This document shows positions 26,323 to 38,470 of a stretch of DNA of 64,000 nucleotides, piece after piece (within the stretch, counting starts at the first letter, position 1; each line of letters opens with the position of its first letter). This DNA comes from Octopus vulgaris (taxonomy: Eukaryota), in assembly GCA_951406725.2 (NCBI GenBank), contig OX597821.1, positions 97,526,001 to 97,590,000 of the forward strand, given 5' to 3'. The notes under the pieces are model-generated. The model was not told the DNA's origin. It saw only the letters and a program-made list of their open reading frames with translations, and did not search any database. Made by a program: the position numbers and the translations under genes.

Positions 26323-27061
26323 AGCAAGCCGGCCAATTCCACAAGGCCTTACTCTCTGCTCTCACTCATCTTTCGGCAAATACACTGGAGGTCCCTGCAC
26401 TTCTGTCTCTACCTTCACCTTCCCCCTTCAAGTGGTACTTGTAGAAGTTGAAAACGAAAACAATTATTTATTTCAGTGAAGAACAGGTTCTAGAAAGACA
26501 GGCAGACATGCATGCAGGCAGGCAGGCAGCCAAAAGGAAAGAAAGACAGTGAAAGAGAGAGGGAGGGAGGTGGGAGAAAATGGAATGAAGGAGAGAGAGA
26601 GAGAGAGAGAGAGAGAAGATAGAGAAAAAGAGAAATGGGAAAAGGCAAAAGTTAAGACAAATAATTAGAGTGGACAAGATTAGGCTTAGGACAAAAAGTA
26701 AATGAAATGACTTTTGAAATTTGCAGAAAGACAAAATAGATAAAAATAAAAGCAACAACAGCTGGCTGGCCTAAATTGGTGTTAAAGTTGTGAAAAAAAC
26801 TAGTTAGGTAAGATAATGGTGGGTGGGTGGGGTATGTGTGAAGGGGGTTTGTTTTTACTGTTGACTGAGATGTTATTTTCCCAAACACTTGACATATCCT
26901 ATTTTTTTTATGGTTTTTTCATTAGTTTTTTTCTCCCATATAGTGTTCTTCTTCGTTGTGACATTGTGATGGCTGGGTGAGGAGTGGTGCCATTTGTGGA
27001 ATTAAAGTTGGTGGGCCAGTTGACCACTACGTTGTTGATGCTTTCAACGTTTGCTTCGACT

Positions 27062-27243
27062 AGTACAACTACTACTAATACTATTGTAACTATCACTACT
27101 ACTATTATTACAACAGCTACTACTACTACTACTACTACTACTACCACTGCCACCACCACCACTACTACTACCACCACCACTACCACCACCACTACTACTA
27201 CCACTACTACTACTACTATCACCACTACTACTACTACTACTAT
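27062..27243. repeat. (ACT/ACC)n microsatellite
   Basis: Direct observation. Confidence 0.95.
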
Positions 27244-27760
27244 GACAAAAAGCATTGCAGCTATGTCCATCCTGTCTTTTATTTGGACATACTGTATTTA
27301 GAATAATGTTATCTAAAGTCTCCTCCAGGGTATAATTTGAGAGAGATATCCCTGCTATTTCTGACTGATCAAACAGTCATTGAAAGATTTCGTCTTTTGC
27401 TCTATGACTGATATATAACGTTAGTTAGATATCCTAGGACCTGGTATTTGTTATCGGAAGAACACTGGATTATTTTTTTCTGCGTTAATTTTATTAAGTT
27501 TCTTTGAAAAGAGAAGGAAAACTAAGAGAAAGTGAAAGTTTCTGCCTCATTTAAAAAGATTAATATTGCCTATAAAGTCATGCAGTGCTTGCTCGTACAT
27601 GTAATAATGAGCGATTAAAAAACCTCTGTGCAGAAATCGGTTGTGGGGTGGGGAGGGAATGAATGGGCTGGGCTGTCCACAGGGCCTCTCACTATGAAAA
27701 TAAAGTATACACAACTCTACATAATTGTGCATTGAGCCTTCCCTTGAATTGTGGTCTTCC

Positions 27761-27936
27761 AAAAAAGCACCCACTACACTCACGGAGTGGTTGGCGTTAG
27801 GAAGGGCATCCAGCTGTAGAAACACTGCCAGATCAGACTGGGCCTGGTGCAGCCTTCTGGCTTCCCAGACCCCAGTTGAACCGTCCAACCCATGCTAGCA
27901 TGGAAAGCGGACGTTAAACGATGATGATGATGATGA
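27761..27936 (+). mobile_element. RTE 3'-end fragment
   Basis: Same tail. Similar fragments at about 815-990(-), 17510-17760(+), 20227-20365(-), 51330-51534(+), 55222-55485(-) and 63661-63820(+). Confidence 0.85.
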
Positions 27937-27961
27937 TTTGACATCTTTCTAAATAGAATTT

Positions 27962-28013
<52 letters not shown>

Positions 28014-28084
28014 AAGAAGGAGAGAGAGAGAGAGATAAATAGATACACTCACACACACTTACAAACATAAAAGATACATATAGG

Positions 28085-28680
28085 TATCAGGTTGAGTAAA
28101 AGTAATGTTTTGAACCATGAAGAATTTGTACCAGATTTTTGCTGAATTTTGAATTTTTTAAACATTTTTTTGCATTTATCTGATGATACAGACAGAGACT
28201 TGCCCAAATGCCTCAATGAATTAACACTGGTATTTTTTTCACCGTTGTTACAATGGAACTATCAAAGCACGATATTTGAGCAATTTTGCTATTCAGCTTC
28301 AAAAAAAGATGTAAAGCAGCTGGAACTGCTTGCGATATCAATGAAACATTTGGTGAGGAAATGACCAGTGGACAGCTTGAAAATGGTTTAAATGATTTTG
28401 CAGTGGAGACCTGAGCCTTGAAGACCATTATTATTATTCAGGCCACTAGAATCGAACTCGGAATCTTTAGGTTAGTAGTCCATGCTCTTAACCACTACGC
28501 CATATGCCTGCGGGCAATTATGGAGTGAATTTTAGGGCTTATAAATCTAGTGGACGCCCATCTGTCATCAATGACAGTCAATTAAAGACCGTCATTGAGA
28601 AAGATCCATCTAAAACCTCTCAAGAACAGGCAAAAGAACTTCATGTTAGCCAGAAAACTGCCTGCGACCATTTGCATATA
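28085..28680 (+). mobile_element. Mariner 5' remnant
   Basis: Frameshifted HTH region (INETFGEE...WLNDF.SGDLSLED...GRPSV). Confidence 0.6.
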
Positions 28681-29364
28681 TAAACAGACATACACATGAA
28701 GCATATACATGTGCCGAGGTCGACTTTGCCTTTCGTCCTTTCGGGGTCGATAAATAAAAGTACCAGTTTCGCACTGGGGTCGATGTAATCGACTTAATCC
28801 CTTTGTCTGTCCTTGTTTGTCCTATGTTTAGCCCCTTGTGGGCAATAAAGAAATATATATAGATATGCATACTTATATACATAGTTATACATCTACACTT
28901 ACATAACATTGCATTGATCCATCACTGCCAACAGATGAGATTAAGTTATCTAAAAGCGTTCATGTTTGTTCAAGCTGAAACATGTTGAAACACTGAAGTA
29001 GTTGGTGGGTGTGCGTGCGTGTAAGGTGGAAGGTGTGGTAGATTGGTTGAGACGTGTAAATCATGACAGACTTCACTTCATCAACAATCAATAAGAATTA
29101 ACACCATAAGCCAACTAGAAAGACCTCTACAGAGTTTCTCACCTGCTTGTTATAGCAGATACATTTCTCTAAATCACACCCAGCCATTTTTTGAAAAATT
29201 AAAAAAAAGTGAAAGAAAGGAACTGTATGAGTGCATAACGTAACTAAAACATGTCTAGATACCCCTTAAAAAAAAGACAGAGTAGTCATGGGTGGATTTC
29301 CTTTGATCACTGGTCTTTTCGATCAGCATCAGCCTATTCTTTCTTTCTTTCTTTCTTTTTTTTA

Positions 29365-29740
29365 ATTTGTTTCAGTCATTTGACTGCGGCCATGCTGGAG
29401 TACCGCCTTTAATCGAGCAACTCGACCCCGGGACTTATTCTTTGTAAGCCCAGTACTTATTCTATCGGTCTCTTTTGCCGAACCGCTGAGTGACAAGGAC
29501 ATAAACACACCAGCATCGGTTGTCAAGCAATGCTAGGGGGACAAACACAGACGCACAAACATACACGCACATATATATATACATATATATGACAGGCTTC
29601 TTTCCGTCTACCAAATCCATTCACAAGGCTTTGGTCGGCCCGGGGCTATAGTAGAAGACACTCGCCCAAAGTGCCATGCAGTGGGACTGAACCCAAAACC
29701 ATGTGGTTGGTAAGCAAGCTACTTACCATGCAGCCACTCC
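29365..29740 (-). mobile_element. SINE family A copy
   Basis: Identity to 2789-3206. Confidence 0.9.
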
Positions 29741-29918
29741 TAACAAAGAACCAATATAATATTATTATTGTAAAGGGTGCAAGCAAAAAGACTTCCCACA
29801 TTTTACGGGTTGACAAATGTTACAACAGTAAATTCATGGTGTGCACTGGACAGAACTGATGGTAACTGAATAAAGATAAAAAAAAGAAACAGAACATTAA
29901 AAGATAAAAATGAAACAG

Positions 29919-30322
29919 AAGGTAGCAAGTTGGCAGAAACGTTATGCTTAGCGGTATTTCTTCTGCTGTTACATTCTGAGTTCAAATTCCACCAAGGTCG
30001 ACTTTGCCCTTCATCCTTTCGGGGTCGATAAATTAAGTACCAGTTACGCACTGGGGTCAATGTAATCGACTTAATCCCTTTGTCTGTCCTTGTTTGTCCC
30101 CTCTATGTTTAGCCTCCTGTGGGTAATAAAGAAATAGGTATTTCTTCTGCTGCTACATTCTGAGTTCAAATTCCACCAAGGTCGACTTTGCCCTTCATCT
30201 TTTCGGGGTGGATAAATTAAGTACCAGTTACGCACTGGGGTCAATGTAATCGACTTAATCCCTTTGTCTGTCCTTGTTTGTCCCCTCTATGTTTAGCCCC
30301 TTGTGGGCAATAAAGAAATAAG
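29919..30322 (+). mobile_element. SINE family B with tandem 3' duplication
   Basis: The second unit starts at ggtatttcttctgc, as in 10709-11131. Confidence 0.9.
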
Positions 30323-30889
30323 AAACATAACATTTACTGCATAAAGACACTAATGCCACCTGGCAAACTTCAGCAGAGCTACACCAATGATTCCTTTAAA
30401 ATATGGAAAGATTTTCTATTGCACCCTGTGTATCTCACTAGCTCTCTCCCTTTACTCTCTCTCTCTCCCCTCTCTCCCTTCCTCTCTCCTTTTCTTTCAT
30501 TTGGTTTACAATAGAGACAACTGAAAGAAAGGAAACAAATTCAAACCACTTCATGACCCCATCAATAATCTATGGGGCTTCTAGGTATTAAAGTTGCGGG
30601 ATAGCGTAGGGGTGAGAGGAGGAAAGCTGTTTGGGAGAATTGAGAATTAAGTTTAGGAATGGTGACTGATGAGATTAGGAACCAGTGAAATTCAGTTTCA
30701 TGTCATCATGTTATGGTTTATTATCATTCTGTGGCTGCTAACGTTTTGTTTTTTCTCTGTGTTGACTGGAGTTTATTTAACTTCAGATTTAAAGCATCAC
30801 CATCACTGCCAACACGTCACCACAATACTACCGCCACCATTACCACCACAGCACCATCATGCCATCACACCACATCTACCACCATCATA

Positions 30890-31121
30890 CCTATTTCTTT
30901 ATTGACCCCAAGGGGCTAAACATAGAGGGGACAAACAAGGACAGGCATAGGTATTAAGTCGATTATATCGACCCCAGTGCATAACTGGTACTTATTTAAT
31001 CAACCCCGAAAGGATGAAAGGCAAAGTCGACCTCGGCAGAATTTGAACTCACAACGTAACGGCAGACGAAATACCGCAAAGCATTTCGCCCGGCGTGCTA
31101 ACGATTCTGCCAGCTCACCAC
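30890..31121 (-). mobile_element. SINE family B copy
   Basis: Reverse-complement identity. Confidence 0.85.
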
Positions 31122-31689
31122 CTTTCACTACAATACTACCACCACAGCACCATCATGCCACCACACCACAACTACCACCATCATACCTCAACCACCACCA
31201 CTTCAGCATTTCACCACTACTACCACCAGATTACAACACTTTTACATGGCACTTGTACAGGCACTTTTACGTGGCACCTGCACTGATGGCTTGACGTGGG
31301 ACCAGCATCCATGAGCCCACAAGACTAGGATCTTTTGGCAGAGAGAGAGGGATGCAGGGGACACAAGGCCTGTATGCATGGACAGCTACAGTTTTACTTA
31401 GCTTGACATGTCTTCTCAAGCATAGCAAACTGTCAGAAGTCTCACTCCCTTGTCATTCCGTCTATGAGGCCCCACATCTGAAGATCCTTTCTCACTACTT
31501 TGTGGGTTTACCTCTTCCACATATTCTTTCCACAATTAGTGTTCAGCATATTTTGATGCTGCTGTCCTCGTTCTTATGCATCACATGACCATGTAGTCTT
31601 CTCACTGGCACACTACATCTGAGGCCTTGTGCATCCAGTTTTTGTCTCAAATCGCACTCTGTTGTACATGCCCTCAATAGTCACAGCCC

Positions 31690-32760
31690 ATGTCCCACTG
31701 CCATGTAGCATAACTGTTCATATACGGCATCATGCTTTTCACTCTGTCTTCTGTACTTAGTAATCCTTTATCATCTTCCTTGCTTGTCAGATAGAGTTGG
31801 CCAGTATTACTTTTAGGATGGCATGCATTGTTCATTGTTAGCAGCTTTCTAGTTCTTCTGTTAAAGTTCTGCAGCTCAAATTTTGTCCATTTCAGAAAGG
31901 GGTCTGAGGATCTGAATATTGACATCACCCATGTTAATGTAGTTCCCTCCATTTAATTTAGACTTGAGCAACTTCTTAATTCTCCTTTCATACACTTTAG
32001 GGATTTTCTCTCTCTCATCTCTCTTTCCCTTATCTTATTGTCTTGTAGTAGTCCAAGGTATTTGTACCCTCATTATTCCATAGCAATTGAACAATGTTGT
32101 CTTGTAATAATTTTATGCCATCAAACTTTATCTTCTGGCCTCTCTTTATAGTTAGAACTGCACACTTATCCACCCCAAACTGCATTCTAATGTCTTTACT
32201 GAGTAATCTCACTGTTTCGAGTGGAAAATTCAGGCCTGTATCATTTCCTCTCTCTCTACACCTTGAGGATATCCATGTAAAGTAGGGGATTTATTCTTAT
32301 CTTGGTTTTGGTAAACTCATAGGCAGGCCTAGATTTTCTCAGAGTATTTGTCAGAGGGATTAGTACAATGTCAAAGAGTAATGGAGAGAGTGAATCTCCT
32401 TGGAAAATGCCCCCTGTGTATTTTCATGTTACCTAGCGATTCATTTGCACCTGTCAGTTCTACTTTCCTATTCTCATTGCTTTCTCAAAAGAGCTGATTA
32501 CCTTCTCATTGATTCTGAATCTCCCCAGGCTTTCCAAGAGCCAGCTATGTGGGACACTATTGTAGGCCTTCCTGTAACCCATCCTTCCAACACCTAGATT
32601 CTTCCACCTCATTTATTTATAGTAGATCTCCAGTTTTTCTTGGTTTCTTCCTACATCCTTTTTTGCTTTTCTGACAGAAAATTATATATTTCCAACTGCC
32701 ATGAAAGCAGTTACAAGTTTTCATAGTAATGATAAGCAAGTTATTGGTCTACAATTGCCG
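31690..32760 (-). mobile_element. R4/Dong-clade non-LTR RT fragment
   Basis: SKDIRMQFGVDKCAVLTIKRG and KWTKFELQNFNRRTRKLLTMNNACHPKSNTGQLYL. Confidence 0.8.
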
Positions 32761-33269
32761 ACTTCCTTTCTCTTTTCTCTATTTCAGCATTGTCCTTCCT
32801 TTTGTCAACCATGTTTGTTCCTAGCAGAATCGTTAGCAAGCTGGACAAAATGCTTAGCGGTATTTCGCCCGTTGCTACGTTCTGAGTCCAAAAACCGCCG
32901 AGGTCGACTTTGCCTTTCATCCTTTTAGGGTTGATAAGTTAAGTACCAGTAAAACACTGGAGTCAATGTAATCGACTAACCGCTCCCCAAACATTTCAGG
33001 CCTTGTACCTTTAGTGGAAAGGATTATTATTGGCATTTCACTTCTCAAAGCTCTCGATTTCACTAACTCCAGCTAATTCTGTAAAAGTGAACAACAACCT
33101 GTTGTCAAGAGTCTCACAGAGTCTCTTTCCATGACACTTGACATCCAAGTACCAGTCTCAAAATCCTCAGTCCCCAATAAAGCAGTTTTCTGAGCATGTT
33201 CTAACCTCATATCAATCCTAACTTCTCCAACACATTGCCCACATTCATGCTATCTCACATTAGTATTAT

Positions 33270-34302
33270 TATAAAGTGGAGGCATTGTTTTCAATCGTGT
33301 TTGTTTGTTTGTCCGTGGACAAGATATCTCAAGAACTGTTGGTTGGATTCAGATGAAACTTTCAGGGATGTCTGGCCTTGTAATTGGCATGAACTGATTA
33401 GATTTTGGGATCGATCTGGTACTGGACAATGATTTGGGATTATTTGTTATATTTACTTTACATGAAGTATTACGATCTTACATTCACTTTCAAGTCTTTC
33501 TCTGATTATCTCCCTTGACAGCACACTCATGGTTTCCACATCAGTTATGGCAGTGTTGCTATTTCCAAAGTTTTATTTTCATTTCTCTATCATTAATTTT
33601 ACTCACATCTCTATCTTAGTAGAAACTGATGGATAAAGAAATCAAACTACGTAAACAAACAGCAGCAAAACCATTCAGAAATGAAATAACCACTAACATA
33701 TTCAGTAACAAAAATAAATTTAATTTATCCTCAACAATTTTTAGTTTCACCAATTTTGAATATATTGCACCTGTTTAAAACCTCTTGCCTACTTGACAAT
33801 TGCATTTCTAGCTTTGCCTTGAAGGAAGCTTTACTTCTTGGACTCACGTTTTTGTGTGCAACAATGTTGTTAAACATCTGTTAACAGCACCATATGCAGA
33901 TCCTTTCTGTTTTCTTTCGCACACAAATAAATTTTTCACTATAGACCTTAATGGTTGTAAAGACAATGGATAGACTAAAAAATACCTTCATAGACAAAAC
34001 TGTCCCTGTTCCCACTGCAGATGACGCACACACAGCATTACAAACACGGCCCACACACCCACCTTCATTTTCCATGACTACCACTGGGATCGATCCGGTA
34101 CTGGACAAGGATTCAGGATTATTTTTCATTTTTTTTTTACTTAATTTTTGAGAGTGGTTGGATTCATTTTTAGTATTCTCGTTTGTGAGAGCAGGCGAGT
34201 TTATTTCAGATATTCTCATTTTAAAAATCATTTCTGGCTAATCATTGAGAGGACGTTGGTGCTGCCTTAGTGTGGAGATTTGCGCTCTCTGGGTGCTCTT
34301 GT
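33270..34302 (+). mobile_element. Helentron/HINE-like element remnants
   Basis: 5' gaggcattgttttc + (GTTT)n, duplicated gggatcgatc(c/t)ggtactggacaa, and 3' ggagatttgcgctctctgggtgctcttgtt. Confidence 0.45.
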
Positions 34303-34510
34303 TATTATTATTATTTTTATTATTATTATTATTATTATATCATTATTATTATTATTATTATTATATCATTATTTTTATTATTATATGATTATTATTATTA
34401 TATTAATATTTTTATTATTATATTAATATTTTTATTATTATATTATCATTTTTATTATTATATTATTTTAATTATTTTTATTATATTATTATTTTATTAT
34501 TATTATCATC
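34302..34510. repeat. Degenerate (TAT)n microsatellite
   Basis: Direct observation. Confidence 0.95.
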
Positions 34511-35010
34511 TTTCAATTCTGTTTCCATTTTTTGCTGAGTGTCTTCCTAACACCTAAGGCAGAAAAACTCACTGTATTCATTGGTAGGCCATTAAAATAA
34601 AAACACCAGAGTGTTCATTTACAAAGTTATGTAATAGAGAAAACAGGGAAGAAAGACAGAGAAAAAGGAAAAAGTAAAAAGTAAACAAAGAAAATAAAGG
34701 GGAAAAACAAAGAAAATTCACAGCAACAATGCTCATCTCAGTACATGTGCCATACCGGTCAAGACCAATCCTTTGTCATTATCATCATCATCATCATCAT
34801 CATCATCAATACACCAATGAAAACTGAGTCTTTAAGTTTACTCAGGCATTGAAGACAATAGGGGCTTTGTTGTGTATGATTTGGTTGCTAAATTGTTCTG
34901 TGGAATCTATCAGAGAGAAGTTTCTCTGTTGGTCATGCCTATGGGTGGTATGAACCCTACATATCTATCTCAAGGCTATCTTTTTAACCAGAACTCTGTT
35001 TTTCTTTCAG

Positions 35011-35071
35011 CTTGGGAATCTTGAAAAGAAATGGCAACAGCTTGAACAGAACAACCACACCTTGAAAGAAT
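35011..35071 (+). CDS. IFT74: IFT74 penultimate coding exon (LGNLEKKWQQLEQNNHTLKE)
   Basis: Acceptor gtttttctttcag, 61 nt, followed by the U12 donor gtatccttt. Resembles the conserved [20 protein letters not shown]. Confidence 0.95.
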
Positions 35072-35388
35072 GTATCCTTTATGACAACACAGTAAACAAC
35101 ATATTTTAACTACAGCAATAACATAGTTGTTCAGAGACTTAGTTCATGTCAAATTATGGAACAGCTAAGTTTATTGAAAACAGAGGTCACTGAGGTGCAC
35201 TGCAAAAAAAAAAAAAGTAGGCATCATTGGTTGCTCATTAAACAATCTAGGGATCACTGGTGATTACTGATTGTTCACTGAAGAAAATAGAGATCACTGA
35301 TGGGATCTAGCTACTTATTGAATAAAGTCGGGGTCACTGGTGAACTCTGGTTGCTCACTGAACAAACTAGGGATCACCATGGGTGTAT

Positions 35389-35945
35389 ATCATCATCATC
35401 ATCATCATCGTTTAGCGCCCGCTTTCCATGCTGGCATGGGTTGGACAGTGCAACTGGGGTCTGGGAAGCCAGAAGCCTGCACCAGGCCCAGTCTGATCTG
35501 GCAATGTTTCTACATCTGGATGCCCTTCCTAATGCCAACCATTCCATGAGTGTAGTGGGTGCCTTTTACGTGCCACCGGCACAAGTGCCAGACGAGACAG
35601 GCAAACGGCCACGATCGGATGGTGCTTTTTACGTGCCACCGGCACGGAGGCCAGGCAAGGCTGGCAACGGCCACAATCGGATGGTGCTTTTTACGTTCCA
35701 CTGGCACAGAGGCCAGGCGAACCTGGCAACGGCCATGATTGGATGGTGCTTTTTACGTGTCACCGGCACGGAGGCCAGGCAAGGCTGGCAACGGCCATGA
35801 TCGGATGGTGCTTTTTACGTTCCACTGGCACAGAGGCCAGGCAAACCTGGCAACGGCCATGATCGGATTGTGCTTTTTACGTGCCACCGGCATGGAGGCC
35901 AGGCGAGGCTGGCAACGGCCACGATCGGATGGTGCTTTTTACATG
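35389..35945 (-). mobile_element. RTE 3' end with about 6 tandem ~62-bp 3'UTR units
   Basis: Repeated ggcaacggccacgatcggatggtgctttttacgtgccaccggcac units. Confidence 0.9.
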
Positions 35946-36820
35946 TCTATATATTCTCCCTATCTTTACATGAAATGTTTTACCTGCAGTGCTTGGTTGT
36001 AGTTATTTGAAGGTCAGTGGGTAACATACTCTTCCCAGGAATACGCTACATGTAAATTCAAAAACTCAGTCTTCAGCCATATGATAGGTGTTAATAATGA
36101 TAATTATCTTACAGCTCCTCTAACTACAGTCAGATTAAGATTATAAAAGTGGAAACAAATTATTTTGCCAGAAAGAAATGCAGGACCCTTTGTTTAATAG
36201 ATGAAGGGTGTTTGGGGTCCCCATGTTTGAACTCCACACAAACCTTTGAACTTAGATGGTAGGCTTAATTCATCTCCATTTACCTCCACCACCTGGCCCT
36301 TATGTACCTGTAGTGGATGGCTCTTTGTTGCATGCATTAAGGTTAAGTTTCCAGTCTAAGTGTAACTTCCTCCCTTTCTCCCACTGATAATTGAAAAGGT
36401 TCTGAAAAGGGGTTCTCAACACAAATCATTTTCATAAAAAAAATTCAGTACCTTATCTATCAAGTCAGCTGATCTGTTAATCAAAAAATCAATTTAAATA
36501 CATCCATTTATACTATTGCTCAATATTATTGATTATTATTGTTGCCTGAACTTGATTTTAAAGTTTAAATCTGTTTATAAAATTTGTTGCTTATGTGTTT
36601 GGGCTAAGGAAAGCCAGGATGAGAGAGAAGCATGTATTATATATATATATCATGAAGAAAGCAGCTAATGTCTGCACAAAATTGTTATATGAAACACAGT
36701 TTCTGAAAGATGTATCACTGATCAGATAGTTATTAGTTCAAATTTAGTTGTAACCATTGTGTGTTATACCCTTGAGCTCCCTAATTTGCACTTGATATAT
36801 GTATGTGTGTATGTATGTAT

Positions 36821-37372
36821 GCTTGCATCTCTCCTGACAGATGGGAAGGCATAGCTATTGATCATAGCAGATGGAGAAGGATTGTGCATGAGGGGACAGC
36901 CACTTTTGAGAAATCTCGAGTTGCACATGAGAAAGTAAGGAGGGATGTCAGGAAGGGCATTGCTGTTACACTTCCAGAAGGGAAGGGTCTTCCTTTGATT
37001 CTGACATGCAATGTCTGTGCAAGACCCTGCCTCAGTAAAGCTGGACTCATGAGTCATCTTCGTTGTCATGAAACGAGACAGATGAGTGACAATCTGGCCT
37101 CTGGTGGTGGTGTAACACACCATACTAATCATATCTGTTGGGCATGTGGAAAGGAGTCTGATTCAGCAGGAGGACTTAAACGACATGCAAAGGTACATGA
37201 AGCCCAGTTACAACTACAGCCGGCTATTACCAGTAAAGGTTTTAGTTGCCAATTTTGTACAAGACATTGTAGATCTTTAGCTGGGCTAAAAAGTCACATT
37301 CAATCACAGCACCAGTAACAGTTAAGCTTCGTGCAATGGCCATACTCGATAACGAGGGGGCAGCCATAATAA
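36821..37372 (+). mobile_element. RTE/BovB-like LINE 3' end encoding three C2H2 zinc fingers
   Basis: WEGIAIDHSRWRRIVHEGTATFEKSR...RRDVRK motif, then CNVC..H...H, CWAC..H...H and CQFC..H....H. Stop at 37318, short tail ending ataataat. Confidence 0.8.
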
Positions 37373-37930
37373 TGTATGTATGTATGTATGCATGCATGTA
37401 GATATCTTTATCCCCTACTTAACATAGATGTTGTGTTAAACACTGATATTCTATATATCTTTAAGTTGGAGATAAAGATTATCTTCTGGTATTCACACTG
37501 CTTCTATGACTATTAAATATTTTTTAATAAGTCCACTGACTGTTGTGATATCAGTGACTGAATAGATATTGATGTGGGAAATGTATCTAGCTGTGAAAAT
37601 TGAACTCTCCAACATGGTTCAATATTGGTCTGATTCGAGACCATTGGTCAAATCAGTGCATAGCTGCCAAATCAGTGTAGGTATTAGTTCATTTTCACTG
37701 AATGATACCTCAGGTAAGTACCTTCTATTGTAGAGTCAGTTTGACCAAAGTTTGTCAGTGAAATTCCTTTTGATGTCCACCCTTCCGTCTCAGTATCATC
37801 TTTTCCCACCACCACCATCACCATAATCACCATCACCATTATTGCCATCACTGCTACAACTACCATTACCGCTATTATCATTACCACCACTAATACCTCT
37901 ATCCTCATATTTCCTTTACAATCCTCTCAG

Positions 37931-38046
37931 ATATTGGCAGCAAGACAGCAGAGTGTGACTATGAACCCATCAAGACACAGGTGTTCTTCCATGTGGATAA
38001 ATACAACGGTCAACTACAACAGATGCTGTCAAACACTGGCTTGTGA
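37931..38046 (+). CDS. IFT74: IFT74 terminal coding exon (YIGSKTAECDYEPIKTQVFFHVDKYNGQLQQMLSNTGL*)
   Basis: The phase-1 join gives T|AT=Tyr. Resembles FIATKSQESDYQPIKKNV...EYN. TGA stop at 38044-38046. Confidence 0.92.
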
Positions 38047-38052
38047 AATAAA
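38047..38052 (+). promoter_or_regulatory. Candidate polyadenylation signal AATAAA immediately after the IFT74 stop
   Basis: TGA is directly followed by AATAAA. Usage is not demonstrable from sequence. Confidence 0.4.
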
Positions 38053-38425
38053 ATTTATTATCGTTGATTCTGGACCCTTTATCTTAAATACTAGGTTGGG
38101 AGAAGTGACATGTGGTACAGTGATGTAGTCTAGACACTAACAAGGACTAGCTATGTTAACAAACTAAAATATAATAATGATATGTATGTATGTATGTATG
38201 TATGCATGTCTCCTACTTAACATAGATGTTGTGTTAAACATTGATATTCTATATATCTTTAAGTTGGAGATAAAGATTATCTTCTGGTATTCACACTGCT
38301 TCTATGACTATTAAATATTTTTTTTAATAAGTCCACTGACTGTTGTGATATCAGTGACTGAATAGATATTGATATTCTATATATTGTTCATCAGAGATTC
38401 ATCTGTTATGATGCAACTGGATATC

Positions 38426-38470
38426 TGTCACTGATGAGCTCAAAACAGAGCAAAATCACATGATCTGGCA
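38426..38470 (+). ncRNA. Type I hammerhead ribozyme motif, G12-to-A variant
   Basis: tgtca-CTGATGA-gctc/aaaaca/gagc-AAAA-tc/acat/ga-TC-tggca. Stem I extends through ctgga/tccag. Confidence 0.7.

Larger units (their letters stand above)
35072..37930 (+). other. IFT74: U12-type (minor spliceosome) GT-AG intron of IFT74
   Basis: The 5' splice site GTATCCTTT matches the U12 consensus RTATCCTTT. A branch-point-like TTCCTTTAC (37911-37919) lies 11 nt before the exon. Phase 1. Confidence 0.9.
37414..38373 (+). repeat. ~160-bp direct repeat pair (37414-37573, 38212-38373) flanking the last IFT74 exon
   Basis: cctacttaacatagatg...gaatagatattgat occurs twice with one substitution and a poly-T length difference. 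Confidence 0.95.

Noticed and set aside
26908-27301. Poly-Val / poly-Thr ORFs resembling a mucin or membrane protein
   Set aside because: They are translations of an (ACT/ACC)n microsatellite, with no splice support.
35560-35945. CRISPR-like periodic repeats
   Set aside because: Tandem ~62-bp units in an RTE 3'UTR. There are no unique spacers and the context is eukaryotic.
36828-36860. Acceptor-like tctctcctgacag that could fuse the zinc fingers onto IFT74
   Set aside because: Splicing from either upstream IFT74 donor (phase 0 or 1) is out of frame with the fingers and hits a stop within a few codons.
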